Origin: Octopus sinensis
Lineage: Eukaryota
Direction of reading: 5' to 3'
DNA: 64,000 bases
NCBI RefSeq assembly: GCF_006345805.1
Contig: NC_043002.1
Coordinates: 35,278,001-35,342,000, forward strand
Both the position numbers and the translations under genes were made by a program. Below the pieces are notes generated by a model, which worked only from the letters and a program-made list of their open reading frames with translations, had not been told where the DNA came from and did no database searches. Numbering within the stretch: the stretch's first letter is position 1; each line of letters begins with the position of its first letter. Shown here piece after piece: positions 52,015 to 64,000 of the stretch.

Positions 52015-52395
52015 AGCTTTTACTTGATTCAGTCACTGGACTGCAGCCATGCTGGGGCACCGCCTTAAAGAGTTTAGTCAAGTAAACTGACCCTAGGACT
52101 TAATTTTGAAAGTGTGGTACTTTTTTTATTGGTCCCTTTTGCTGAACTACTGAGTTAAGGGGACATAAATGAACCAGCACACAAATACAAAGATATTACA
52201 CACACAGACGTATGTGTGTGTGTGTGTACACACACACACATGATGGGCTTTTTTCAACTTCTATCTACCAGATCTACTCGCAAGGCTTTGGTCAGCCCAG
52301 GGTTATAGTAGAAGACTCATGCTCAAGGTGCTGTGCAGTGGGACTAAACCCAAGATCACATGTTTGGGAAGCAAGCTTCTTAACCACACAGCCAA
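52015..52395 (-). mobile_element. OR-type SINE (decayed)
   Basis: Colinear with 34501-34895. Confidence 0.8.
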
Positions 52396-53039
52396 ATCAT
52401 CTTGAAGTATTTATATAAAATCATATTTGCCTTGAGTATTTTTAGTTTAATTCTGTAAGATAAAATACTCTAGGGAACAGATAACCATGTTTAAGAAAAA
52501 AAATCTAATTAAATATATTGAAAGGAATTTTCAGCATTTAAACAAGGTATGCAAAGCAGTTCATAATTCTATGATTGAGGTAGCTTCTCAATAACTAATG
52601 AAAAACCGTGTTAGAAATTCAGAATGGCAACTTAACTCCAATTTGAAAAGTCTAAAATAAAAAGCTGAGAAAGGTTACACAACACATGCATCTGATAGAA
52701 AAACCTTTAGTTACCTAGGCCATATTTTTGAAATCACAAATATGTTGGACGATATTTTCTTCATTTGGGAGGTACAACTATCTGTCTATCTCATTTCCAG
52801 GTAAAAATAAAAATCTGTCTGGCTTGAGTGTGTTTCATGATTAATAGATGATCAGGAAGCTGGCTGACTGGTTTCCTGATATTCATATCATAAAATTTAT
52901 TTGAAAGTTAATAATTAAATAGGAGACAAAAGAAAAACTGTACAGATGCATTTATTACCTCTCTTCTTACTATTTCCTTTGTTCCTATATAATATTTTCC
53001 ACTACTCACCACTACTTTAAGAATCAGGTCAGAAATGGG

Positions 53040-54990
53040 GGCATATGCCATTGTAGCATATACCATATGTAGCATATATGTTGCTGCATATACCAATTGC
53101 CAGTATTTTCTTGGGTCATCCCAGGCAATCCTCTGAGCAGTGTTCCAGTCAGTCCTCATCTCTGTAAGATATTTCATCATCTGCCATGGCTATTAGCAAG
53201 CCATGCGCTGTCACCCCAGCCAGATCCTCAGAGAACAGAGCACAAAATGCAGGATTTAACTTAAAAAATAAAGTAATGTGACCAAACAGTCTGAGCTGAC
53301 ACTCCCAAATCATACAAGTAACAGGACATACCCCAGTTTCTGAGAATAACCATTAGTTGGATACAAAATCTGACCTATGGTAACCCATAATCCTAAAGGA
53401 GTTCAGGTGGCTCACAAGGGCTCTGGACGGTGTCCAACTCTTGTAACTGTAGAAGATAGGGAGAACCAGAGACTTGAAGATCTGAACTTTTGTCCTCCTG
53501 CACAGATATCAGCAGCACAAAACACTCTTGTCCAGTGAGTCCACAACTGTACCAGGACATCCTAGTCTTTCTAAGACTTCAAACTCATAGCTGTGGGTCA
53601 CATTGCCAAGATAAGTGAAGTGGTCAGCATCCTCACCTACAACAGATGCAGATGAGATGGAGTCCTCCAGGAAGCCAATAAAACACTGGATTTTTGTCTT
53701 GACCCAAGAAACTCTAAAGCCAAGTGGTTTTTCCATCTCAATTAGTGAAAGAAGAGTGCTGCTTAAGACATCCAGAGACTCAGCAAGAATAACTGCATCA
53801 TCAGCAAAATCCAGATTAGTAATCCTAGTCTTGCTAATGAGTGTGCCACAACTCAATCAAGTCATCATTTGGTCAAGTATCCAGTTTATGCAGACATTGA
53901 ACAGAGTAGGAACCAAAACACAACCTTGACAGACCCCCAGAGCCAACTGAGAAAAAGTCACTAAGCATTATGATTTCACTGTAAGCAATACATGAGCCAG
54001 AAGTGTGAAGTTGCCGCTCAACCTCCTCACAAATTCCTTGAATATGATTTCCCTTGTCAGACCTCAGTGCTCTGACTACCCCACATCTCAGCCCCCAAAG
54101 CATATCAGCAGGGGGCCCACAGTCTCACCCTGTGGCTGCATACCATTGATGTGAGGGTCTCCCTGGAAAGGAAACCAATACACTCACTAGCAGTTGACAG
54201 CAGGGTGTCCTTGTAAGTTTCTCACATTCTCACAAGCATAACCAAGGGACCAGCCCTAAGTAGCACAGAGCCAAGCTGTTGTGAAAAGTCTTGCTTACAC
54301 TGTTGTCTTTGAGTCTGTTGACCTATAATCTGGGACTTGCAGCCTTCAGCCTTTTAGACTACAGTCATAATCTCAACTCAGCCACCACAAATTTATGACC
54401 AGTGCCCACAAAGCTAACACTCTGAAAAACCCTGCAGTTCTGTAAGACTTTCTAGTGGCTGTCTACAAGCTTGTGACTGATCTCCTTTGACACATGACCA
54501 GTATTAGAAGACCAAGTTCAGCAATGCAGCTCAGGATATTCATACCAAGAGCCAGCAATGTGAACTCTGTGGCTTCTGGCAAGGTCCAGGAGCATCACAC
54601 TATTTTCATTTTTAGTACTGGACTCAAAAGGGCTGGTGACACTCTCATACCCCATTCTGTCAATGCCAGTAGATGTGGTAAAATCTCCCATGACGAAAGA
54701 TGTGTCCCTGTTGGAAATACTCCCAATGACAGAGCATAGTCAGGCATAGAATGCCTCCCTCATCGACCTGTCACTCACAGCATACACTGCAATGAAAGAA
54801 ATGATACCCAGAGGAAATGGGATCCTCAGTTACATAATATGCCCTTTGACAGGTGTTACATCTGATACCATTAGAACCCATCAGTTAGCTACTGCAACTG
54901 CTATCCTCCTGGCATATCCATCAGTAGAGTGCCCAGACCAATAGTTTCTGAATCACTGATCTGAAGTAAGAGCCACTGTAGCTTGCATAG
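53040..54990 (-). mobile_element. Decayed RTE-clade LINE of a second family (APE, RT and C-terminus, with internal deletions)
   Basis: ITNLDFADDAVILAES..PLGFRVSWVKTKIQ..FTYLG (ORF 53509-53856); GLSQGCVLVPT motif; APE remnant YWSGH..IAVAV..IISFIAVYA (~54780-54950); C-terminus AWDDPRKYWQLVYAAT (ORF 52908-53180). Confidence 0.8.
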
Positions 54991-55029
54991 CTATTTCCAT
55001 TATTATAAGTTTATGCATGAAAATAATTT

Positions 55030-55900
55030 TAATCATCTTCACTCAAGAATATTAATGTGACATGTATTCTAAAACTGAAGTAACTAGATTACTGTGGATA
55101 ACATTTAACCAAAAACAACTTAGAGCTGAATTATATCAAATTATTTATCATTACATAAACTCCAAGATTGTGAATATTGGTAAAATATCAGTTATACCTC
55201 CAACCTTCATAGGACACTCCGGACAGATAAATATACTATGTCAAGATGCCATAGCAATTGTATATAAGTTAGAAAAACTTAAATTTTTTAGATTATTTTA
55301 ATGTATAATCAGAACTGGAAAGAAATTACTGTAACTAAGGCAAACATCTGATAGACCAGATTTAATGAAGAGAACTTCCATATGAAACTTAAATATTAAA
55401 AAGACATTTTATAGAAGTTGTAGGTTATATATGAATTATCACATTTCAGAAATGTGGCCTAGTTGTTATAAGCTAGATCTAGAAGAATATGGTAGATGTG
55501 TGCCTGTAGAACTATCAAATCAAGAAATGCAGCCAAGACTATTTCGAGCTGTTACAAAGTATGATACATAGTTTATGTAGAGAGATAATCTTAATATGCC
55601 ATGCGTGGTTGATAGTAAATGTCAAAAACAATAGCATGAAAATTTCTTGGGAACTACTATCCAAAATATTAAAAACTATCCTCATTACAGACATCAGAAT
55701 AATGTTGCTAAGGTCATTTGAATTTAATGTAGGTTTTGATAATCAGTTACAAGTACACTTTCTGCATCTCACTATTAAAAATGTTAGGCATTCTAATGTA
55801 GAAATACATGGAATGGCTAGATCAATAAAATATATCAGTAAATAATATTCAGAAAGTTAAGAATATAACAAACTATTAACAGTATATTGTCTATGCCAAA
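55030..55900 (+). mobile_element. Decayed Helitron Rep (replication initiator) domain
   Basis: DMYSKTEVTRLLWITFNQKQLRAELYQ..IPPTFIG..QDAIAIV matches Helitron Rep (Y.KIE..RL.YIR.NQ..LRA..Y; ILPSSF.GSPR..QDAM..V); later DRPDL, FQKCGL and MIHSLC..N..PC..DSKC remnants. Confidence 0.8.
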
Positions 55901-55929
55901 GAACAAGAAGTACTACAAATCACCATTTG

Positions 55930-58570
55930 ACACAATCTTCTGACATCTTCATCAAATATAACTTATTGAGAATTTTTCATTCTCGTCCTGAGTCTTCTTC
56001 CATAGGTGCCATTCACCTTGAGTACTAGACGTTTGCTTATGCAGCTATCATCCTCCATCCATATAATGTGCTTATACCATCATTGTCTCCTCCCTTGCAT
56101 GCTCCATCTGATTCTCTTTAAACTCACATTGCCTCTCAGCTCATTTATACTTTATTGTCCATACACAGTAGCATGATACATCCAGTGAACCTTACTTGTC
56201 CCATTTCTTTCACATAGAAGCATCATGCAATCTACCTTTGACCTTGAGGAATAAGCCCTGTTGTCAGCCAAGGTAATAGCTCCCTAGACTTTCCTCAACC
56301 TCTTCTTATTCTAACTCACTCACTTTTAGAACATCTACCTCCAATGCTAATTTGGTCATCTAGGTAGCAAAAGCTATTAACTATTTCTAAGGAACAATTG
56401 CAGCATTTGAGAGAATGCATTTCCAATGTGCTTAGGTGTTTATAGTCCCACTGCACTTGCTGCATATGAAATCTACTTTGTTAGCCTGCTTGTGATCCCA
56501 CTATACCATTTTGTGCCCATTGTTTATAGCAGGTACACTTTATGGAATTTCCATCAATTTCTTTTTTGAAGATGGAGTATGGCTATTTTCCTGATGCTTT
56601 AAAGATCCAGTCTATCTTCCCATTTACTAAAACTTTTGTTTTAGCTAAGTATACTTTAAAGTCCTTCAATTTCAGATTTTTCTTCCATGACTGGAATTTT
56701 AGTTTGAATTTTATTACAAATGCTATTATAAGAGCTGAGTTGTCAGCATACAGGAGCACCCAAAAGCAGCCGATCTTAAATTCCTCTATTATGCTTGGAA
56801 GACTATAATAAATAGGTGCGGGCTGAGAGATAAGCCCTGATGTACTCCTACCTGCACAATAAATTCATTGCTGATTCTCATCTTGCTGACTGCCTCTTCG
56901 TACATAGCTTGTACAGCTCTCACAAACCATTCATCTACTAGTTTCCTTACTGACAATCAAATCACAATGCAAGGAGACCCTGTCAAAAGTCTTCTCTAAA
57001 TTGACAAATGCTAAGTATACAGGCTTATTCTTAACCATGTTTTTCTCAGGCAGTTGTCTCACAAAGAATGTGTTATTAGTAGTGTTACTTTCTGCAAAAA
57101 AGCAAACCGTGCATCATCCAGACTAACCCTTCCCTAATTAGTTATCCTTTCTGTAACTTTCATAACCTGGTTTGACTGTTTGATACGCGTGTAGTTTTCT
57201 CTCTCTAGAGCATTTTCCTTGTCGCTGGTTACGACACCTTCTTGTTTAACTTGATTTACTATTCTGTACCTTAGTTTACTAGATGTTTTAAGATTTGCAG
57301 TGACTATCCTTGATGGCCCACTTGCTTACCCTACTTTTCAATTCCTTACCACTCTATCAAACTGTTTACTTGGATGGCTGATCTCTCTGTAGGGTCTACA
57401 TTGAGTAGGCTCTCTCCCCTATGCATTCTCCACATTCAACAACCTCTCATAGTAACATTTACATGCCTCTTTCTTTTCAGTGTCAGTGAGAGTAAGTGTG
57501 CCATTATCTCCTCAATAAGATCTGTTTTCTCGAGTATACTGTCTGGCAATGTCTCATGCATTTGTCCCTCATGTCAAAATACTTGCAAGTTTCTTTTCTG
57601 CCTTTCCTTTGCCATGTATGCCTAACATTTAGCTTCCTTTTTAACCATCTGCTTCTCCCTCTCTTGCAATCTTTCCAAACCTCTCTTTGCTGTTATGACA
57701 TTGCTTACAGTATTGTTTTACCACCATGTAACCTTGAGTTTGGCTGGTATCTTGCACTAGCCACAAGTCTAGTCTATAGTCCCCAACAGATTGTCACATA
57801 AAAACTGCCAGTTCTGCACTGTGGTATATATCTTTCTCTCCTCCTTACTATCGTTAGTGTCAGTTACTTCCAGATCATCTTTTGTCTCTGCGACAGGATA
57901 GCTCTTATTTTAAAGTCACCAACCATTCATCTATGTTGTAAAATACATTCATCACCAGGAAAGGTTTCAACACACAGTCACCCATTTATCCCCTTTTCTG
58001 ATGAAACTAAAATCATTCTAGTTGTTTACTCACCTGACTGGGAGCTCATTAGGTGACTGGGTCATGTTATATACTGAGGTTTATGTTATAGATCTTGAGT
58101 GTTTGCATCACAGAACTCTAGGAGTTTTGATCCCTATTCATGTTTCATACTGAACTCATGCATACCATGTGCTAAAAAAAAAGGCCTTCCTGGTACTGTT
58201 CATCTTATCCATTAAAACCACTAGCTGTGACAATAAAATAGTCTGCAGGGGCAACTCATAAAAACAATCCTGTTTGTCCACCAGCCCTGAATGTGGTGCA
58301 TAAGCAGAGTAGCAGCCACAAATGTTTTGCTTGGCTTGTTTAAGTTTAATAATTCAATCACAAACTATGACTACCTATCTTTCCATGTTTCTGTTAACAG
58401 AACTACTAACTCCATCTACAAAGTCACTGTTATCTTTCAAGAAGAATTTATACACCTGTTTCTTGCCTGCTTGGCTAAGAGACTCCTCTGTCTTGATTTC
58501 TGCACACAGAACACATCCACTTGATTATGGTTTAGCATTTCTGCAAGCTCATCTGACCTATATCTAATCA
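55930..58570 (-). mobile_element. Long decayed RTE LINE (APE through RT to 3' region)
   Basis: AEMLNHNQVDVFCVQ (APE, ~58500-58545); TWW..V; KKEA.KCYYERLLNVEN (~57430-57490); VYLAFVNLEKTFDRV (~56970-57030); finger region at ~56430-56530. Confidence 0.8.
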
Positions 58571-58960
58571 CACAAACATAGGGTGGCTGCCATAAATTTT
58601 TGACCTGACAGAAAGAGCAGGTCTTCCAGTGGTACTAAGGTTGGCTTGTTTTGGTTCTCAAACTCTGAAATAAAAAAGGTGTGTGCAGTATACTGCGATC
58701 CTTGTACATCATGCACACAACAAAGATAATTTCTGCAACAAGTTGATTTGCTATTTATTCTACTACTCACTGACAAACCACAACAAAAATCATTGACACT
58801 ATAGGTGTCAGTCATTGCCACTTTCAGAGAGCATTAGTGAAAGGAACATTCATTGGCACAAGTACACAAGCAGATGTAAGGATGAGTGTGTGTGTGTGTA
58901 TGTATATATATCATCATCATCATCATTTAACATCTGCTTTAAATGATGATGATATACATC

Positions 58961-58997
<37 letters not shown>

Positions 58998-60094
58998 TAC
59001 ATGCATAACCATGATAGTGGGAGCAGGGGGCTAGAGTGGGAGAACTGAGAATGATGATGGCACCAATAGCTGATATAGTGAAAGGCAGGGATGTTGCATC
59101 AGATACAAGCAAAGTAAGTGGAAAGCACATTGCTCAAAAAGAAAATCTTAGCTTTGAAACATGAAGGTCTGGCAAATTTTACATAATGTTCTGAGTGAAA
59201 AAAAAAAGCCACATTAAATTGTGCATAAAACATTAGAATGATATCAATAAATTAGGTAGATAGATGGAGGGGAAAAAGAGGGAAGACAAATTGAAAGAGA
59301 GAGGCTGACTGAGTGGGTCAGTATACTTAGTCTTGAAACAATAAGGTATGTATGTTTAAAGAAAATAAAGAAATAGAGAAACCAACATAGGTTTCAAGAA
59401 GTGGTCAAATAGGATTAATGAATTTAAATTATGGCCAGCAAAAATTGAGAAAGAAAATAGTTCAAAGAGAAAATCTGAAATTTTAAACATTACACTTACA
59501 GCAAGGAAAATTTTACAATTCATTCTTTCAGAGCCTAAACCATCAAATGGTATACAAAACATCAAGAATGATATCAACATTTAGCTAGCTAGAGCAATAG
59601 GGAAAAAAGATACACACACATACATAATGGGTTTCTTTCAGTATCTGTCTACCAAATTTATTCACATGGTTTTGATTAGACTGGGGAGAGAGAAGATACT
59701 TGCCCAAGATGTTGTGCAGTGGGACTGAATCCAAGACCACATGGTTGCAAAGCGAACTTCTTTAGAGTCATGGTGATGACATGTTAAATATTTGGTATGA
59801 ATACTATACTGCACTTCAGAATGCATCTATGGATTTTTAGCCAATACTGCATGTGATAGATGTAAGCATCTTCAAATACATTGTATATCTTTGAAAGAAA
59901 ACAGTTGATGCATCAGTAATTTATTGACGGAATTTGCTGCCATGAATGTGGTATACATGTATTTGTAAGTCAGTTTAGTCTTTTTAATTAAGCCCTTAAT
60001 AATAGGTTTTTAAAGTAGTATCTTTGTGGACATTTAAAGAGGATAATCAGTTACTAATGAAACCCAAAACATGATGGAATTTGGATTTTTAAGT

Positions 60095-60460
60095 CTATGC
60101 AGTGACCATGTGGTAAGTAGCTTGCTTACCAACCACATGGTTCCGAGTTCGGTCCCACTGTGTGGCACCTTGGGCAAGTGTCTTCTACTATAGCCTCGGG
60201 CCAACCAAAGCCTTGTGAGTGGATTTGGTAGACAGAAACTGAAAGAAGCCCATCGTATATATGTATATGTATCTTTATGTGTGTGTGTTTGTCCCCCCAG
60301 CATCGCATCGCTTGACAACTGATGCTGGTGTGTTTACGTCCCCGTAACTTAGCGGTTTGGCAAAAGAGTCCGATAGAATAAGTCCTGGGGTCGATTTGCT
60401 CAACTAAAGGCAGTGCTCCAGCATGGCCGCAGTCAAATGACTGAAACAAGTAAAAGAGTA
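60095..60460 (+). mobile_element. OR-type tRNA/CORE SINE, near full length
   Basis: TGTGGTAAGTAGCTTGCTTACCAACCACATGGTTCCGAGTTCGGTCCC head; CCTTGGGCAAGTGTCTT core; tail GTAAAAGAG. Lacks 22 bp between GAATAAGT repeats relative to the 34501 copy. Confidence 0.9.
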
Positions 60461-60898
60461 TATGGAAGGACAGCTTTTAGTATATTCCTTCTCTTTACAA
60501 ACACATTAGTCTCCATATATTTGTATATCTATATAATTTTATCAATGTATTTTGTAGATATTTATGCATGCATGGCTCTTTGCATGTCTATATGTTACGT
60601 GTGTGTTTTTGTGCATGGATATACATTCATATCACAGTCTGCCTCAAAATCTACTTACATGTTCATGTATGGGCCTCTCACTATAGTCATGATGCTTTTC
60701 TGCATCCACTCTCTCTCATCCACCCACATATGAACAGATGGTTTTCTGTTCCTACTACACAATACCATCTCCTAAACATTACATAACACCTCCCATAAAC
60801 AAACTATTAATCAAATTGACTCCAACTAAAATGCCTTCCCAACTTAAACATTACATTATTGTGTTCTCTGAATATATAGATATATATGTATGTGTGTA

Positions 60899-60941
<43 letters not shown>

Positions 60942-61777
60942 ATAAAATGTATGTATATACATATCAATTTATTCAATGACCTTGTTGCTTCCTCCCTTAC
61001 AGATAAGAAATATGCCAGCTTTCAGATTTATTGAGAATTTACCACTTTCAACGAATTTTTGAAAAAGAGGCACAACTGTATGGCAGAGAAATTTGCTTCC
61101 TCATCATGTGATACCTTATGCAAGGGTCTCCAGCCAACCAAAGCTTTGATAGTGGATTTGGTAGATGGAAACTGAACTTTTTAGGGGGTTGAACATTCTA
61201 TGCTCATCTAACTTTTATTTGTTGTGACATCATAAGGGAAAGAGAATATGCCCATGGCTTTTGCAAGCTCTTGGAGATCACTGATGATGCTACAGAACTC
61301 CAATACGACAGCTGCAGGAAAAACAGGATAAGGAAATTCCAGAGTTGACATTCTGGTGAGGAAAGATTAAGTATAGTGGTTAGCACAGGAAAATACACGA
61401 GACAAGAGATGAGATGAATGAGCTAGACAACCCTGAATAGAATGAGAATGGTATGGAATCAGCAGCTCTGAGGAATAGGGACCAGGGTTAGAGTGGTAGA
61501 AAAAAGAAAAAAAAAAGGAGCCAGAATATAGAATGTTTGTATGCATGTAGGAAGTAGCAGCATCTTACAAGATATGGAAACAATATTTTGTTGAGTCTCA
61601 CTTGAGCTTTGTAACTATTAAGAACGGCAATTCTCTGACCCTGAAGAGAAAGACCAGCCTTTGTGATGCAATTTTTGTTGAAATAAAAATATAAGATTGC
61701 CATGAGAGATCATCAATGATAATGAAGCTTAGCATTTGTAGTGACTTTGAAGTTTTATTTGCTTATTCTTTATGTGA

Positions 61778-62226
61778 CCCTTCAGCATTCAAATTATTCC
61801 ATCAAAAGTAATGCTTATTTTTTCACACTGTTTTGAATTAATCATGCAATATTTTGCAGCTTTGAGATTTTGATGAGGTAACTTAAATTTTAGAAAGATA
61901 TTGTAAGGCGGCGAGCTGGCTGAAATGTTAGCATGCCAGGCGAAATGCGTAGCCGTATTTCATCTGCCGTTACGTTTTGAGTTCAAATTCCGCCGAGATC
62001 AACTTTGCCTTTCATCCTTTCGGGGTCGATAAATTAAGTACCAGTTATGCACTGGGGTCGATGTAATCGACTTAATCCGTTTGTCTGTCCCCTCTGTGTT
62101 TAGCCCCTTGTGGGTAGTAAAGAAATAGATATTGTAAGATTGGTGTGAGAGGCCAGACACAGCCAGTTTGAACGTAAAACAGGTAGAATATTTTGGCCAG
62201 GTATGGCTGCTTTAAATGCAAAAGGG
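61778..62226. mobile_element. piggyBac-like MITE interrupted by a SINE
   Basis: CCCTTCAGCATT left end and AAATGCAAAAGGG|TTAA right end; body matches 12905-13111. Confidence 0.75.
61908..62126 (+). mobile_element. Young Nin/Deu-domain-type SINE with 12-bp TSD
   Basis: Core CTTTGCCTTTCATCCTTTCGGGGTCGATAAATTAAGTACCAG, CpGs retained. TSD AGATATTGTAAG at 61896-61907 and 62127-62138. Confidence 0.92.
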
Positions 62227-62554
62227 TTAAGGAAGAAGACAAGATTATTTCCTTGATATATGTAGCAATTGTATTTTTATGCTATTGAAGAAAACAAGAC
62301 TGGCATAACTCTAACAGAAAATGCTTTTGGTCCATGAAGACATACATTTAGCATGGTGTCAAAGTTGCATATGGCTGTATGAGAGGACAGTATGCAGATC
62401 ATTGACAGAAGTGTGTGTGTGGAGAATAAAACTAAACTTTGGGACACATCAGGGTTGACAGAGAGAGCTCCATTCACATAGATCACCACAGTGCAATCCA
62501 ATAGAAAACCTATGATCCAAGGCATTAGCAGTGGATAGAGCCCATAGGCTTTAG

Positions 62555-62860
62555 TTTAGTTTGGAGAATTGCATACCAGACAGTCAAATGCAATTAGTTT
62601 ATCAAGCCAAGATATCATTGATAAACAATCAGAAAAACTACATCTGCCTCAAGCAAAAGATTCAGGAGCGGGCATGCTCAGTATATTCGCCCACTGAAAT
62701 TTAGAAATTCCATAAAACTAACACTGCATAACACTAAGCTGAGGAAATGAGCACCAACAATACTGAAATACTCTGGTCTGCTGTCTAAACTAAATACTCC
62801 TCTAGATCAAAAGGATACTTTCACTGAAGAATAATATAACACCCTTTTAAGATGAGATAC
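62555..62860 (+). mobile_element. Penelope-like GIY-YIG endonuclease remnant
   Basis: NCIPDSQMQLVYQAKISLINNQKNYICL resembles the PLE CPL.G.C...VVYQA.V......YIG.TE pattern; frameshifted afterwards. Confidence 0.45.
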
Positions 62861-64000
62861 TTTAAACATGACAGCCAACAGATGGAAATGAATAAATCGC
62901 TTTATCACATACCTGTTCATCACTTATGCCACTATTACCCATGCCTTTACCTGTCATATTTATGCCCCTATTGCTCATCTTAATCTCCCTACACTATGCT
63001 GCCAATATGACAAAGGATATTTTCTATTTACTGAACAAGATGTGATCCTCTGACACACTTAGTAGCAGCAACAACTCAGCCAACCCATGCCAGCATAGGA
63101 ATACATCTATATTGTCCTTTCACCAACATCACACTTTCCTTTCATCCTTATCACCCTTGCTCTCTTACCTAACTTGAGGCATGGGCTTAAAGGCCTTCAT
63201 CAGATAGGCAGGTACTTCAGCTATTCAACAGTCTCCCACTGTCCATTTGGTTTCAACATCCATCATCCAACCCCACCTCTTGCTATCCATCATATTCTTA
63301 CTCCTCTCTAGAGCTGGTACCATGATAAAATGAACTCAGTACACTGTTAAATGTGATGTCAGGTGTCCCATTAGTCTTGAAGATGTAGACAACCTCCTTA
63401 GTGCTGATGCCATGAATAAAATACCCAGTACACTCAGTACAGTGGTTGGTAGTAGAGAGGGCATTCAACCATAGAAACCAAGCCAAAAATAAAACTTTGG
63501 GCCTCTGACCCATCTGAAAGCAAATATAAAATGACAATTTCCTCCATACCTTAATAGTTTGTATTTCAGATTAGTTTATTGTCATTATAAGCCATAAACT
63601 CACTGGAAACTGGAGGTGTTTGAAATTGAAATGTAAACCCTTGAACAGTTAAAATAGTTTCTTTTAGTAAGTTACTTGACTATTAACTGGTGTCATTGAA
63701 ACATCAATATTACAAAGCCAGATGACTGGTGCTTCTCCTTTTAGTTTCAAGTTGTGACATTGTATTGTTGAGGATTGAAGTACACTGAATTTGAATCATG
63801 TTACTAATGTCTTTTCAAATTGGGATATTATTTGTATGGAAGTTCTTGACAGGCAAGTTATTAAAGTATACAGCAACTTAATCTTTGGCAGTGTCACTCT
63901 TTAGAGTAAGTGGTGCTCATTCTTATATTAATGTTTTAGTAATCTTTTAGGAAATTCAAGTAAACTTCCTCTATCATTTTTATTATAATCAAAGTGATTC

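Noticed and set aside
52535-52546. 12-nt + strand microexon-like pattern TTTTCAG|CATTTAAACAAG|GTATGC
   Set aside because: Short pyrimidine tract, purine-rich upstream, no supporting gene; expected by chance in AT-rich DNA.
58564-58821. VHDVQGSQYTAHTF as a retroviral/Gypsy integrase DQGSQY motif
   Set aside because: A single short motif with no other integrase, RT or LTR evidence; it abuts the 5' end of a decayed RTE.
60730-60870. C/A-skewed stretch resembling a mitochondrial insertion
   Set aside because: No mitochondrial protein or rRNA motif recognisable in any frame; composition alone is insufficient.
63676-63784. 109-nt minus-strand open segment (VLQSSTIQCHNLKLKGEAPVIWLCNIDVSMTPVNSQ) between AG and GT
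   Set aside because: No polypyrimidine tract, ends in phase 0 so it cannot join the GALM exon, and no recognisable homology.

Overview
AT-rich eukaryotic DNA, very probably an octopus (coleoid cephalopod). The assignment rests on tRNA-headed SINEs resembling the octopus OR1/OR2 and Nin/Deu-domain types, dense (AT)n/(CA)n/(CATA)n microsatellites and abundant RTE LINEs; it is pattern recognition, not a database hit. I can support only one host coding exon: a 134-nt internal exon of galactose mutarotase (GALM, aldose 1-epimerase) at 6460-6593 on the minus strand with canonical splice sites. The rest looks intronic or intergenic and is mostly transposable elements. These include many decayed and one young RTE LINE, a GC-rich BovB-like RTE, two R4/Dong-like LINEs, Tx1/L1-like and Penelope-like remnants, a full-length dead Tigger/pogo transposon, Helitrons, a piggyBac-like MITE and about 15 SINEs. 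Nearly all ORFs in the supplied track are TE fragments or low-complexity artefacts. I found no convincing new multi-gene system. The most unusual signals are two mismatch-free fold-back palindromes (75-bp and 29-bp arms) 2 kb apart, a PHD-type Cys4-His-Cys3 finger inside the RT region of the dominant RTE family, a chain of young elements sitting in AT microsatellites, an apparently 3'-to-5' permuted Tx1-like junction, and a chimeric poly(A)-tailed SINE. Boundaries of decayed elements are approximate (tens of bp).
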